Shown: positions 24,051 to 36,003 of the stretch, in pieces
Position numbering within the stretch: the stretch's first letter is position 1
How the letters are laid out: each line of letters begins with the position of its first letter
NCBI GenBank assembly: GCA_010909165.1
Contig: MU008179.1
Coordinates: 62,001-126,000, forward strand
Length of the DNA: 64,000 bases
Origin: Anthoceros angustus
Lineage: Eukaryota; Plantae; Anthocerotophyta
Direction: 5' to 3'
Notes under the pieces: model-generated
What the model saw: only the letters and a program-made list of their open reading frames with translations
What the model was told of the DNA's origin: nothing
Databases searched by the model: none
Program-made: the position numbers and the translations under genes

Positions 24051-27050
24051 CTGGTCCGGAGGTTGCCCATCCTCGACGTCCATAGGCCACATGCCATGCG
24101 CTATATGGCTCCGTCCACTCGCTCCGTGTCCCTCCATCCCTCGCCGGTGTGGGCGGCGATGGCCCACCTATGTTTTCATCCCCGTCTCCGGATGCAAGAT
24201 GCATCTCACTGCGGCCACAAACGGACCATCTATTGAGCGCACTGCACACAAACTTTCTCCGTATTTACAATGTCAAATCCGTACGACTGTGATCGATGGC
24301 CTTGTCCCTCCCGACACTGCACCATCTAACCTTCAACAAAATTGGCTTAAAATCATGCGAGAAGCTGCGGAGTATTTGTTCTATGTGCAGAGAACGGGCG
24401 CTCCTCTTCAATGTCGCCGCCACCGCTCATGAGAAACTTGCGCTCACCGCACTATCCTTTGTACTCCGCGACGCTTTGTCCGCCTCCACGCTCGAGGTGG
24501 CCTTTGTTCCACATGTGGCTATATGCCACCGCTGCAACGCAGCCCATCCATGATTGCGGTCACTTCGTGGGTCATGCAAGGATGCCCATCCCATGCGTTC
24601 AGAGCCCTTCTTCCGTATATCCACTGTCTGAAAGTCCGTCGACCATCCCGTGCACCGTTTGTCCTAACTTCTTCCTCGTACATGTCCAAGAACGGCTGCA
24701 TCACCTCTGTGTGATACAGCACATATGTGTGCGCCTGGCGTGCCTCCACGGCATCCATTATGTACGCACGGCCGACACCCAGTACCTTCTCCCCCATACG
24801 TTCATCTGCAGTCCATGCTTCTCCCACGTGAGCATAATAACGGTTGAGAAATGTCATGCCGAAATGCAAACTCTCTTCCCGCATGTACCCCACTGCTATA
24901 CTGGACTCGGGTCTCTGTCGCCGACCGCTTCTGGATCCTAAATACCTCCACGGGTACATCCACCTAGTGTGAATCGGGCCCAAAGCGCCACCTCGTCCAC
25001 TAAGTGTAATATGAGGTGGGTTGATATATCAAACATCTTGGGGAAATTGCTTCTCGAGAGAGCACATTACCCTCATCGCCTCGCTACTGTGCTTGGATGT
25101 CCCGACTCATCGTCTACCGGCAAATCCAAAGGCGCCCTAGCTTTACAACCGCCTTGTACACCTCTCGGCTCTATGCACCCCGGAGGACGATGGGGAATAT
25201 GATTTCCAACATAATGTGCTACCATGGCATTTCAGCCAACTTTCCGCTTTCCACCTTAGTTGGACTTGGACCCATAGTGGCGCTTGATGCGTTTAATGCC
25301 CTCAATCACGGTCTTCAAGTCGATTTGGACAAACGACGGCGCTGCGGTATTGGCCATCGTCATCGCCACCGGTGCCACAACCATCTTTTCCCCGCTTACC
25401 ATGTCCATGCGCAAGCAATGTCATCTCGCCTCCCCGTGTGCCATATGGCCTCTGCATTGTTTTTCCACGTGCATCACATCCTTTGGCGCCCACACAAGCA
25501 TGTGACGCCGATGGCGGACTACGAACAAGGGCGACATTCTCGGTTCCAAAGTTGCCCGGACGGACGTCTGCGGTGTCGCGGCTTCTGCGTGCCATATCCG
25601 TCACAATATCATCGAACGTTGGCGGCTTTGGTTTGGGTCGGAGGTCCGATCCATCAAACCAATCATCCTCCCACCGTCATCATTGGTAGCCACCGACGCG
25701 ATCCGACATAAAGCGGGCTTTTCAAATCTCGGAATAGCGAGAATCAAGGTCCGACCAGATCGACACACGCCGCTTCCTCTCACTTGCAATCCGGTGAGGT
25801 ACCCAACCCGGTGTCGGCAATGATGTCGGAACAGCAGCGTAACTTGAAATGCCTCTTAGGATGGTTTACGGCATTGAGAAATCTTCCATGTCCACCCCTC
25901 CATAACTCTTGAGTTCATCTACCGGTGCCATGTACACATCGAAATTTTAACCATCCCGGCCGCACAATCGGAGGCATGATGACATGCGCGTCCTTTGTCT
26001 TTGGCCCAAGGTGGCATGTTGTGCACAAATACCAAAACCGCCATATGGACGTGTTTGACTGGCCAAACGGGTTGAAATACGTGGATAATGCAAACCTCAA
26101 GTTCCTCGGCTCATCGCCGAAACCATCAACTGCATCTAGTGCTCTCCATGCTGGGGTATCCGCCATCATGGACATGTCCCCATTCTCGCTTTGCCTCCCG
26201 ACATACCAAGTCATCAACTGTGCTATTTCCGCCATTCGAAACATGCGTTTCAGTCGCGGTTTCAAGGGAAAATGCCAGAGGACCTTCCGAGGACTCCCGG
26301 CCCGTTCATCAAACCCATCCCTGAACCGCGGCGTCCCACACTTTGGGCAATGGTTGCAGTCCCCGTACTCGCCCTGAGCGAGCGCGATCTTTCTCACAAG
26401 CATGGATTTTCTCATATCGGGGCCAAATAGGTGCGATGACTTGGCCTCGTACATGTCCTTGTAACTCGTTCGATCGGCAAAAATCCACACTTAAGATCTT
26501 TAAGAGGCGTGTCGGCGTCACGATGTCAAACATGGTTTGCCAAGACAACAACAACGATGTGGCGCTTAGCCGCTCTCTTCGCTTTCACCCTGTTCTCGGT
26601 ATAAAGGCGTCTCGCCGGGCGACAAGCGGCGGTTCGCGGTTCCCTCCGTGCCAAGTGCATGATCGATTGCTTCCGGCAAGTCGTCCACAGTGCATATGAG
26701 GTACATCTTCACGTTCCTCGTCCATGCTCTCCACATGTGCCACTTTGGTCGCCCCATTGCCTTATTGTCTTTTCATACTCCTCGGGCCGTTTCCGTGTCA
26801 TGTGGAGGCGCCTTCAAGGCCTCCGCCCGTCTGTCCAAACTTGGCTCCGCGATGCCCTCTGAATGCAAATTAGAGAGCAATGGCATGCAGCCGCATAGAG
26901 CTTACCGCGGCGGAGCCGTGGCACGCCAAAGCAGTCTTGAGATGTGCGCTGGAATCCGCCCACAGTCGCCACCGGGCATGGACAAAACATGTAAACCTCA
27001 TTTGCAAATCGGGCATCTTGCACGTGGTCCCGACCGGTGTCGACGACAAG
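24050..27050 (-). pseudogene. CACTA TnpD-like transposase (Transposase-associated, Tnp2/Transposase_21, DUF4218 and DUF4216 domains), frameshifted
   Basis: Colinear hallmark motifs across frames: YMFCPC; ETPLY; YEKIHAC; CPKCG..RF; PRKVLWHFPLKPRLKRMF; ADTPAWR; EPRNLR..LS; FNPFG; HNMPPW; DVMHVEK; FDISTHLILHL; RWMYP; SIAVGYMREE; G.HLR...D....T.DSAV; YGHIEQIL. Confidence 0.92.
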
Positions 27051-28160
27051 CAATCGAGGCATGATGACATGCGCGTCCTTTGTCTTGGCCCAAGGTGGCA
27101 TGTTGTGCACAAATACCAAAACCGGCCATATGGACGTGTTTGCGGAACATAAGCAGGTTGAACCGTCATGGATAATGCTAACCTCAAGTTCCTCGGCTCA
27201 TCGCCGAAACCATCAAGCGCATCTAGTGCTCTCCATGCCGGGTATCCGCCATCATGGACATGTCCCCATTCTCGCTTTGCCTCCCGACATACCAAGTCAT
27301 CAAGCGTGCTATTTCCGCCATTGAAACATGCGTTTGATCGCGGTTTCAAGGAAAATGCCGGAGGACCTTCCGAGGACTCCGACCGTTCATCAAACCCATC
27401 GAACGTCCACACTTTGGGCAATGGTTGCGTCCGTACTCGCCCTGAGCGAGCGCGATCTTTCTCACAAGCATGGATTTTCTCATATCCGGGGCCAAATAGG
27501 TGCATGATGACTTGGCCTCGTACATGTCCTTGTAACTCGTTCGGCGGCAAAAATCCACACTTAAGATCTTTAAGAGGGTAATGCGGCGTCAGCGATGTCA
27601 AACATGGTTTGCCAAGACAACAACAACGGTGGCGCTTAGCCGGCTCTCTTCGCTTTCACCGCTTTCACCGGTATAAAGGCGTCTCGCCGGCCGCGACAAG
27701 CGGATTACTGCGCGGTTCCCTCCGTGCCAAGTGCATGATCGATTGCTTCGGCAAGTCGTCCGAGTGCATATGAGGTACATCACATCCGTTCCCTCGTCCA
27801 TGCTCTCCACATCGGAGCTGCCACTTTGGTCGCCCCCATTGCCTTCGCTGTCTGCATTTCATACTCCTCGGGCCCGTTTCCGTATCCGTCTGCGGTGGAG
27901 AGACGCCTTCAAGGCCTCCGCCATCGTCAGTGTCCAAACTTGGCTCCACGGTCTGCGCGGATAAACCTCGAATGCAAATTAGAGAGCAATGGCAGTGCAG
28001 CATAGCCTTGGCGGAGCCGTGGCATGCCGCCGCAGTGCGATCTTGAGATGTCTGGAATCCGCCCAGGTCGCCACACCGCGGCATGGACAAAACATGTAAA
28101 CCTCATTTGCAAATCGGGCATCTTGCGTGGTCCCGACCGGTGTCGACGAGCGCAATCGAG
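27051..28160 (-). pseudogene. Tandem duplicate of the N-terminal ~1.1 kb of the TnpD gene
   Basis: ORF 26870-27601 reads YEKIHAC...PAWRALD..FGDEPRNLRLALS; the copy ends after HNMPPWAKTKDAHVIMP and jumps back to the CPC-containing N-terminus. Confidence 0.85.
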
Positions 28161-31079
28161 CGGCACGGGCAACCTATGAATGCGCAGACTCGCCGTGAAT
28201 TCATGTCCAATTCACAACGACCTCATACCGCACATTGTAGGTGCGGGCATCACGCTTCACGAGCGTCACCTCCGTCGAGAACCGGTCCTTCAACATTAGA
28301 GCACCTCGGACGATGAGCCGTCGATGGCACGGAGAGGAAGAATGCGGTTGTGGATTCACGCCATGTTCATCCCGGTGAGCGGCCGGATGGGATGAATCAT
28401 TGCATTGGCGGGATGTCACGGGCCTGAATAAACACTCCCGACATTGAGCGCCGTCGGCCGGTGGTGAGGTGTGGCTATTGAAAGGGAGGAGATGAGCGAG
28501 CTAGCGGTGGGCAGCAGCGTCGGCTCTGTCTACATGTGAGTCATTGCACTTGCAAACATGTGTTCAGGCTAAACAGATGCCCCACCTCCTTCACAATTTT
28601 ACATTCAAACCCGACGGAAGCGGTTGCATTGAAAGGCGGAAGATGCTCAAACGAGGCGCCCATCCTTGTGCAGCCACCTCCTTGATTTGCACCGTCCATA
28701 GCGAGGATAGTGTTGAGCTCATGCTCTCAAAGTCTCTATACAACTCCCATGTTGCGTGCGCCATTGCGGTGAAAGGCGGTGCACCCGGTGGCGCCTCGTG
28801 TTCCATGCCGTCTCTTCGCCGCCCCCAAGTCCATTCTTGAGGTGTGTGTAGCTTCACCATAGTGGCGCTTGGATGTGAAGCCCCACAAGCGGCGGTTGTT
28901 CTATCCGAAACAATCGACTCAAGTTCTGCGGCCTCCTCCGGATCGTGGCCTGCAAAAGTGTAGCTCCGTGCGACTTGCCTCTTCCTCCCATTGGGAAATT
29001 GCTGCAGTTCGGCGCGGGCGTGACAGCGCCGCGTCCCTGAGCCTCCCCAGCTTCCCTCTCCCTTCATCGGCATGGTCGGTGCGGGGAGTGTTGTGTCCCT
29101 TCCCTTCCCTCTCAACCTCCCTTTCGCCTTCAACTTTCGAGGCTTGCGAAAGTCCCGCCTCGTTCCACCTCGATCCATCACGGTTTGGAGGCGGACACTT
29201 GTATAGTTTGTCGGCAGTACTATCCGGAGGAGGGCAACGCGATGGCAAAGGATCCCAAAGTTTGTGAATCCATATGGCATCCATCGGCACACGGTGCACG
29301 ATTGACACGCGTCAAACATAAGTGACGTGGGTGGCGGTGACATGTCATGTCGCTCCACGGTATGGATGGGCACCAACCCCTATCCATCCATTCGCGAAGT
29401 GGACATGGTCATCGACTTTTATTGCGGTGTTGATGAGTAGTACACGTGGTACAAATGGAGGAATCACATTTCCCAACGCCGCCTTTAAGAATGGTGAAAG
29501 TACCCGAATGTGAGGTATAACTGGCCCCGAACACGGCGGCATGCCCAAGAGACGGCAAAAGCGGGGGCCAGCCGCCCTGCCTCGTCCGCCGTGGCGTGGG
29601 CGGAGAGCAACCTCCGTCCATCGCCGATGGCCATCGCTGCGAGGCTGCAGCCCTCTTCCTCGATGGCCATCGTCGATTCGCGGCCGTGTGGCGCAATATC
29701 CACAATCACGCAATGTTGCAAGCAACGCCGAAGGTGAGGAAATGAACGTTTGAGGCAACATATAAAGAAATCCAAACATCCACGAGGTTCAAAGAAATGA
29801 TCGCCCACAGTCACGGCTTGTGAAACGAGGTGTGACAACGATTTGTGCGACACCTTCCATGCCACATGAGGTTGGATACCATCGCCACTCGTGACCATTG
29901 GCAGACTTCCACATTGCCACCCCAATGGCGGATTCCCAGTTGCATGCACACGACACCGCCCCTAAGATGGGCGAGCAACGCCTCCAGCGCGCTTGGGGTC
30001 CTTGATGGCCATCGGCGTGAGGCGGGTGCGGAGATGGAGAGAACAACAAACCAATGGTGGTTCTCGGTTCCGATCGCACAGGCGCCTCCAACGTTGGTTT
30101 CCTACACATGCCCATGGCAATTGCAGACGGATGAAGAGGAGGAGAGGGCAAGGGTTGGGAGTTGTGCGCCTCCTCGACTATTCCACAAGGCGACCGCATC
30201 GCTTGGAGGAACAGCGGATCGCCACAACCATGAAGCGGAGGCCCGAGCAAGGTCATTTAAACCGTGCATGCGGATGAGGGCCGTGTGGCACCAATTGTGC
30301 GTCATGGCGAATGGAGGAAGCAGTCGAGGAATCTTTCATGTCGACCGTTCTGTAAAGGAAGCAGCATGGCGAGCTTTCCCGGCTATCGATTTCCATGAAT
30401 GACCACTATTGCAAGGTGCAATGAGGATGGCGGTCGGTTAGTGCGGGCATAGAGTGGCGCGGATTCCAATGCCAGTGCTCTGCGTGATATGAAAAAAAAA
30501 GGCCACAAACGTCCGTCTTCCCAGTGACGTGAGGGTTGTCGTCATTGCGATTTCACAATTTCAGCCATGTGTCATCCACCGCCATGTCTCCTAGTTGATG
30601 GTCGGTGGCCCGCCTCCGACATTATGCTCGAGCGCGCGATGGCGATCAGGATCTTATTTGCGATCTACTGGTTCGACATCTCTCTTAGGCTGGTCAAAGA
30701 GGAGCGAGCTCGACAAGTGCCATGCCGTGTGCGAAATGATGATCACGGTCTTCCTTACATCACGGGACATGGCCGCCAAATGCTACCGTCACCATCACTT
30801 ATTGGCAATGGCGCACTTTGGACATTAGCGGTATCTTCACTTTGATGAAGGCAACCAAGTCAAGTGGGTTTGTAGGATACATCATAGGGTTCGACCTACC
30901 ACTTGTCCTTTTGTCATGGCATATTGTATGCGGGCCATGTACTTGCAAGGATCATAATAGGCAGATGATGTTTATTGCCATTGTGGTTATAATGTCCCCG
31001 CAAAGGAAAGGCGGAAACAGAATGTAGGTGGCTGGATGATCTCCGCCCACTCTTCCTCCTCCACCCGTCACCACAAGGT

Positions 31080-31830
31080 TCGACGGGAGTGAAATAACTA
31101 CTTGGACCATGGTCATTCCGATTGCATTGCGAACAATGGTCCTTGGTTGAAAAAGTATTCAACATTGTTACCACATATGCATTAACCATCCTTGGACCAT
31201 GGTCATTTCGATTGCATTGCGAACAATGGTCCTTGGTCATTGAAAAAGTATTCACACTGATATGCATTAACCATCCTTGGACCATGGTCATTTGGATTGC
31301 ATTGAACAATGGTCCTTGGATCTCGAAAAGGTATCATGTTGAACACATGGTATTCGATTGCATTGCGAACAATGGTCCTTGGATCTCGAAAAGTAGTCAA
31401 CACTTTCCACCACATATGCAAGAACCATCCTTGGACATGGTCATTTGCATTGAACAATGGTCCTTGGATCTCGAATAAGTAGTCAACACTTTCCACCACA
31501 TGCATTAACCATCCTTGGACCATGGTCATTTTCACTGCAAACCAACAACATCCATGGCCCATGGGCATCCGCAGTTGCCAAATTCGTCCTTGGGTCACGA
31601 ATTATCGTACAAATCGCCGCCTATATGCTATGGGGACATGTCATTTGCATTCGAACAATGCTCCTTGGATCTCGAATAAGTCAACACTTTCCACCACATG
31701 CATTAACCTTGGACCATGGTCTTTTCAACTCACAAACCAACAACATCCATGGCCCATGGGCATCCGCAGTTGCCAAATTCGTCCTTGGGTCACGAATTAT
31801 ATACATCGCCTATATGCAGTATGGGGACAT
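31080..31830. repeat. Nested, palindrome-rich minisatellite inside the CACTA element
   Basis: Recurrent CCTTGGACCATGGTCA, GAACAATGGTCCTTGG, ACACTTTCCACCACAT and CATCCATGGCCCATGGGCATCCG modules. Confidence 0.85.
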
Positions 31831-34800
31831 GCCAACTTCGAACAAAAGACGAGGTGTGTGCGGGACATGGCTGGGGCGAGCCATGACGCCGACACAGACA
31901 ACACCATTCACCCATGGGCATCCGAAAGCATGCGCCAAATTGTCCCGGCTAAATCTGGCTATATATGTGAAGCACGGGACATGGCGCAGCGGGTAGGTGG
32001 CATGTGCGCCGCAGCAGGGCGGCGTCTTTGGAGCCAGTGGCGCTTATCTCGCACACTTGACATGAAGGTAAAACCACGATTCGGACGTGATGTTCGTCCG
32101 TGTGGCATTGCATGTTGAGCGGGCCATGGCGGCATGAATGACCATACAACATCCTTGGCACATGGGCATCGAGCTTTGTTACCAATTTCGTCCTTGGGTC
32201 ACAGTATTGTACAATTGCGGGCTATATATGTGAAGCATGGGGACATGGGAGCTTCGTTCAAAGAGGTGGTCATGCGCCAAAGACGGCATGGGGCATGCCA
32301 TGCGGACACATGGGTATTCGGGAGGCATGGAGCGTCTTGCGGAAACATGGCATCTTTGTGGCAAGGAGCCGTGGCATGTCCTTTCGTTACGCCCTCCCTC
32401 CCTCCGTCACCACAAGGTTACCACCTTCGGAAAACCCATATCGTCCTTGGGTTGCACTCGGCTTGTCGCGGTTAGGTGCAGGCGTCGCGATTGGCGTGGT
32501 TCGGCTATGGTTTGGGACGTGGACTTGAAGATTTGGGCGGTGACGTTTAAGCCTACAACCCGCTACCATAACCCGTGACTTGGATGGCGATCGTGATGGT
32601 TGTGGAAAACAGAGGACGGAGGGCCCCTTCATTTTGCGGTCGAGGCGGTGAAGGTTTGGAAAATGGAGAGGGCGGCGGCCGTTTGGTCAAGTGGAATTGG
32701 ACAACGGCCTCGGGGCGGGTGCCAAAGCCGAGGAACCGAGGCAAGCGATGTGGGCGTGTCAGCCGCCTCTGCAGAGGCGGGAGTGGATGCGGGAGGGTCC
32801 TTCCGTGGAGCCGAATGGAGGCATGGAGGGGCTTGGGAGGGAGGAGTTGCGCAGCAATAGTGGAAGGTGTTGCCGATGAGGAGGAGGCGGCAACAAATCC
32901 TCCTCATTCCACGTCTTGTCTCCAAGAGGTGGGCGCTAACGGTGGAGCTTGTGGGTGCGAGGGGCGACTGCGCGAGACGGACTTTGAAAGGGCCCTCCAC
33001 GTTGAAAATGAAATTGCCCGAGGTGCGAGGCCGCGGGCCGTGGGCATGTGGAGGACGGAGGTCTTGCCGAGGACGCGCACCTCTGGATGGCGGGAGGGAG
33101 AATAGGGCTCTTCTAGAAGAGCTTATTTTTGGTGACCATGGAGGACTCAAGGAGCGGGCGGGAGGTCTTTCGAGGGCAGCAAAGTGCGGCCTTTGGAGTT
33201 GATATTGCTTGAGGCCAGGGGGAGGAGGAGGCCACGAAACACCACATGGGTCGAGAGGCCTGGGGACGAGGACACCACCGGCACGAGGATGGTGAAAGCG
33301 AGGGAGGCGGAGTGGAAAATGGCTGGTGAAGAGGTGGGCGAGGACCTACCGACAACATTGAGGAGAGATAGGGGGCGAAAAGTTGGCGGTAAGCCACTTG
33401 ACGACATCATTGCCGTGTTGTGCTGCATGGTCGTGGGGGTTTACATGGGCGTGAGCCGTGTGATGGAGGGTGGGTGGAGAATGAAGATGAGGAGGAAGAG
33501 CCCACCGACGAGGAGGGACTGGTCCGAAGGCCTTCCAGGCGTGTTGGAGCTAGTGATGAGGCTTGATGGTACCATGGTCCACGGCGAGACTTTGAGGGAC
33601 AGTTGGTGAGGAAGGTAGAGTACGAGTTCCCTAGTGTAGATCGCGAGGATATCGTGTCCGGGTTTGCGCGGACAAGAAACCTAGCGTTGGCAAGAAGGTG
33701 CGACTGCGGTTATTTGGAGGAGAAGGGAAAGATGCGAAATGGCTGCACCCTCGACGTCGGCACCAAGGCGTGGAGGCGGGTGGAGCAAGGTGGTAACGTT
33801 GCACAAGCACGGTGGTGTGTGGCCAACCCCACAACAAGCGGCCGCAACATTTCGACTTGCAAAGCACGAGCATGGGACCAATCCATTTGGTCCCATGGGA
33901 GCAAAAGAGTTCGAGAGAAGGTATGTTCAGCGGTGGGGAAGGAGCGCAGCAAAAGAGTTGAAATGGGCTGCGAAACATGGATTGGAGAGCATGCGGGACT
34001 CTGGAGTGGTATGGCGATAGATCGGGGCCTTGGTTGAATAGCTAGTGGTCAAAAAGTGCGCATGTAGGACATGAAGGCGTGAGCGATGGCGATGTGTGTG
34101 CATGGCTGCGGTCGGAAGGAGAAGGAAAATAATGTGCGGTGAAGGGCACGAAAGATGGAAGGAACCATAGCATGTCCCAGGGGAAGGGAAGGGAAGGTGG
34201 AAGAGGAGGCATCACACTCGTGATGTCGGAGGCGGTGGGGATGGTGTGGAAGGTGGAGGTGAGTGTGTTGCCACCCACAAGGCGAATCACAAGATCTCTC
34301 CAAAAGTGTGAGTTTGGTGGCAATGGCGGGGATGAATTGAATGCGGATCATTTTGCCTAATGTAACTTAACGGTGAATATATAGCCTATGGGGCCGGAGT
34401 GCAAGGCACGAGCGTGGAGGTTAGTGGCTCGAATGCCGGGCTCAAAGGGTCGACATGGCGGGAGAAAGCAGGCGGAGGTGCTAGGCCAAAAGGGTCGAGC
34501 AAAAGGCAGCTATTGAAGATGCAGAGGAGTCGACTCGGATGACGCCGAGTAGGTGCCCGACCATGTGGTATGTGCAAGTCCATGTCGGCAATAAGCACGG
34601 ATTGATTTGTCTTGTGGGCGCTCGTGGATTTTGATGCGTTCCTTTCTTGCGTTGTGCAAAGCGGAGCAACGGCAAATGAAACACGCACGAGCAAGCGCAT
34701 GCGAGGACATTCACAACCGCCATCGCACGTAACGTGGTGGTGGAGGTGAGGGCGATATGACAACACACGCTTGATTGGTAGTCGTCGAGGGGCGGGTCTG

Positions 34801-35140
34801 GTCGATCCGAGCGATGAAGGAGATCGGCCTCATAGCACGCCACACATGTGGAGCGGGCATTCCATAGTTACGTAGCGTTTACATTGTCCTTCGATATGTT
34901 TTAGCGTTGTGGAATGAACCCGAAAACTATGGCATATGTCTTGCAAGCCGCACATGTTCGTATTTGCGGAAGTCTAGATAGGGAAAACGCACAAATGGGG
35001 CGTTTGAAGAAAGCGTAATGCATGTGTGCATTTGGTGGTAAATGTGATGAGGTATTTATTAATCTATGAGGTGTATACTTATAACTATGGCATGGTTAGA
35101 TATCTATGAATTTGTACCTATACATAAAAGTATGTATTCA

Positions 35141-35165
35141 ATATATATATATATATATATATATA
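35141..35165. repeat. (AT)n microsatellite
   Basis: Read directly. Confidence 0.95.
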
Positions 35166-35975
35166 CGTGTTCATCATGTATGTAGGATTATACAATACAT
35201 CGGCCTCAACCGTATATATAAATGGACATATAAATAATGTAGAATCCTACTATACATAATTAGCGATAACAAGGGTTTGTTGTGTATATGGGGCTTGAAA
35301 AGAAAACCGGTGTGGACATAGGGTGCATTGAAGAGGGAAGATGGAAAGAGAATGATACCTGAGGAGAGATAGAGTTCTTGGTAATTGCTATGTAGGAAAA
35401 GCAAGAAGGCAAGAATAAAATACCGGTGGGAGAGGGAGCTCATTGTCACAATCATATGGCAACACAAAGAGGGAAACAATAAAGAAATGGGTGTCATCTG
35501 GAGCATTAACTAGGAGTGTGAGGTGAAAGGTGAGACCAAGAGCATGTTGTTAAGATGGTAAGAGAAAGTGGAAAACAAAATCACAAACTTAACACCAAAC
35601 CAACAAACTTGATGACAAGCTCTTAATGGCGAGGTGTAAGGTCAAGAGACCACTTGCATGTTGTTAAGATGGTGAGAGAAGGTGGAGGGAAAATCACAAA
35701 CTTAACACCAAGCCACCTAACTTTTGGGTGTACCACATGGAAAGTGTTACATGAAATTGTAACAAAGGACTATAACATAAGCAAGTTTTCATTGTATATG
35801 TTTGAAATCATAAACAATGCTAGCGAGAGGATGTTGTACTTAGGAGGAGAGGTGATGAGAGAGAGCCGGGTTCATGTTAAGATGGTGACATGAGAAGGGA
35901 ATAGTGTCAATCTTAATACCAAGCCTAAATAGCATGTTGCAATCTGGAAGTGTTACATGAAATTGCAATAAGGAC

Positions 35976-36003
35976 TGTAACATAGGCTGCCTTTTCTAGT
36001 AGG
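35976..36003 (-). repeat. Right TIR of the CACTA-type element
   Basis: TGTAACATAGGCTGCCTTTTCTAGTAGG, followed by AAC. Confidence 0.95.

Larger units (their letters stand above)
13016..36003 (-). mobile_element. CACTA/En-Spm (CMC) DNA transposon, ~23 kb, internally amplified and degenerate
   Basis: Perfect 28-bp TIRs, short TGTTACA/TGTAACA subterminal motifs at both ends, a probable 3-bp TSD (AAC), and TnpD-like and TnpA-like coding remnants inside, both on the minus strand. Confidence 0.9.
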
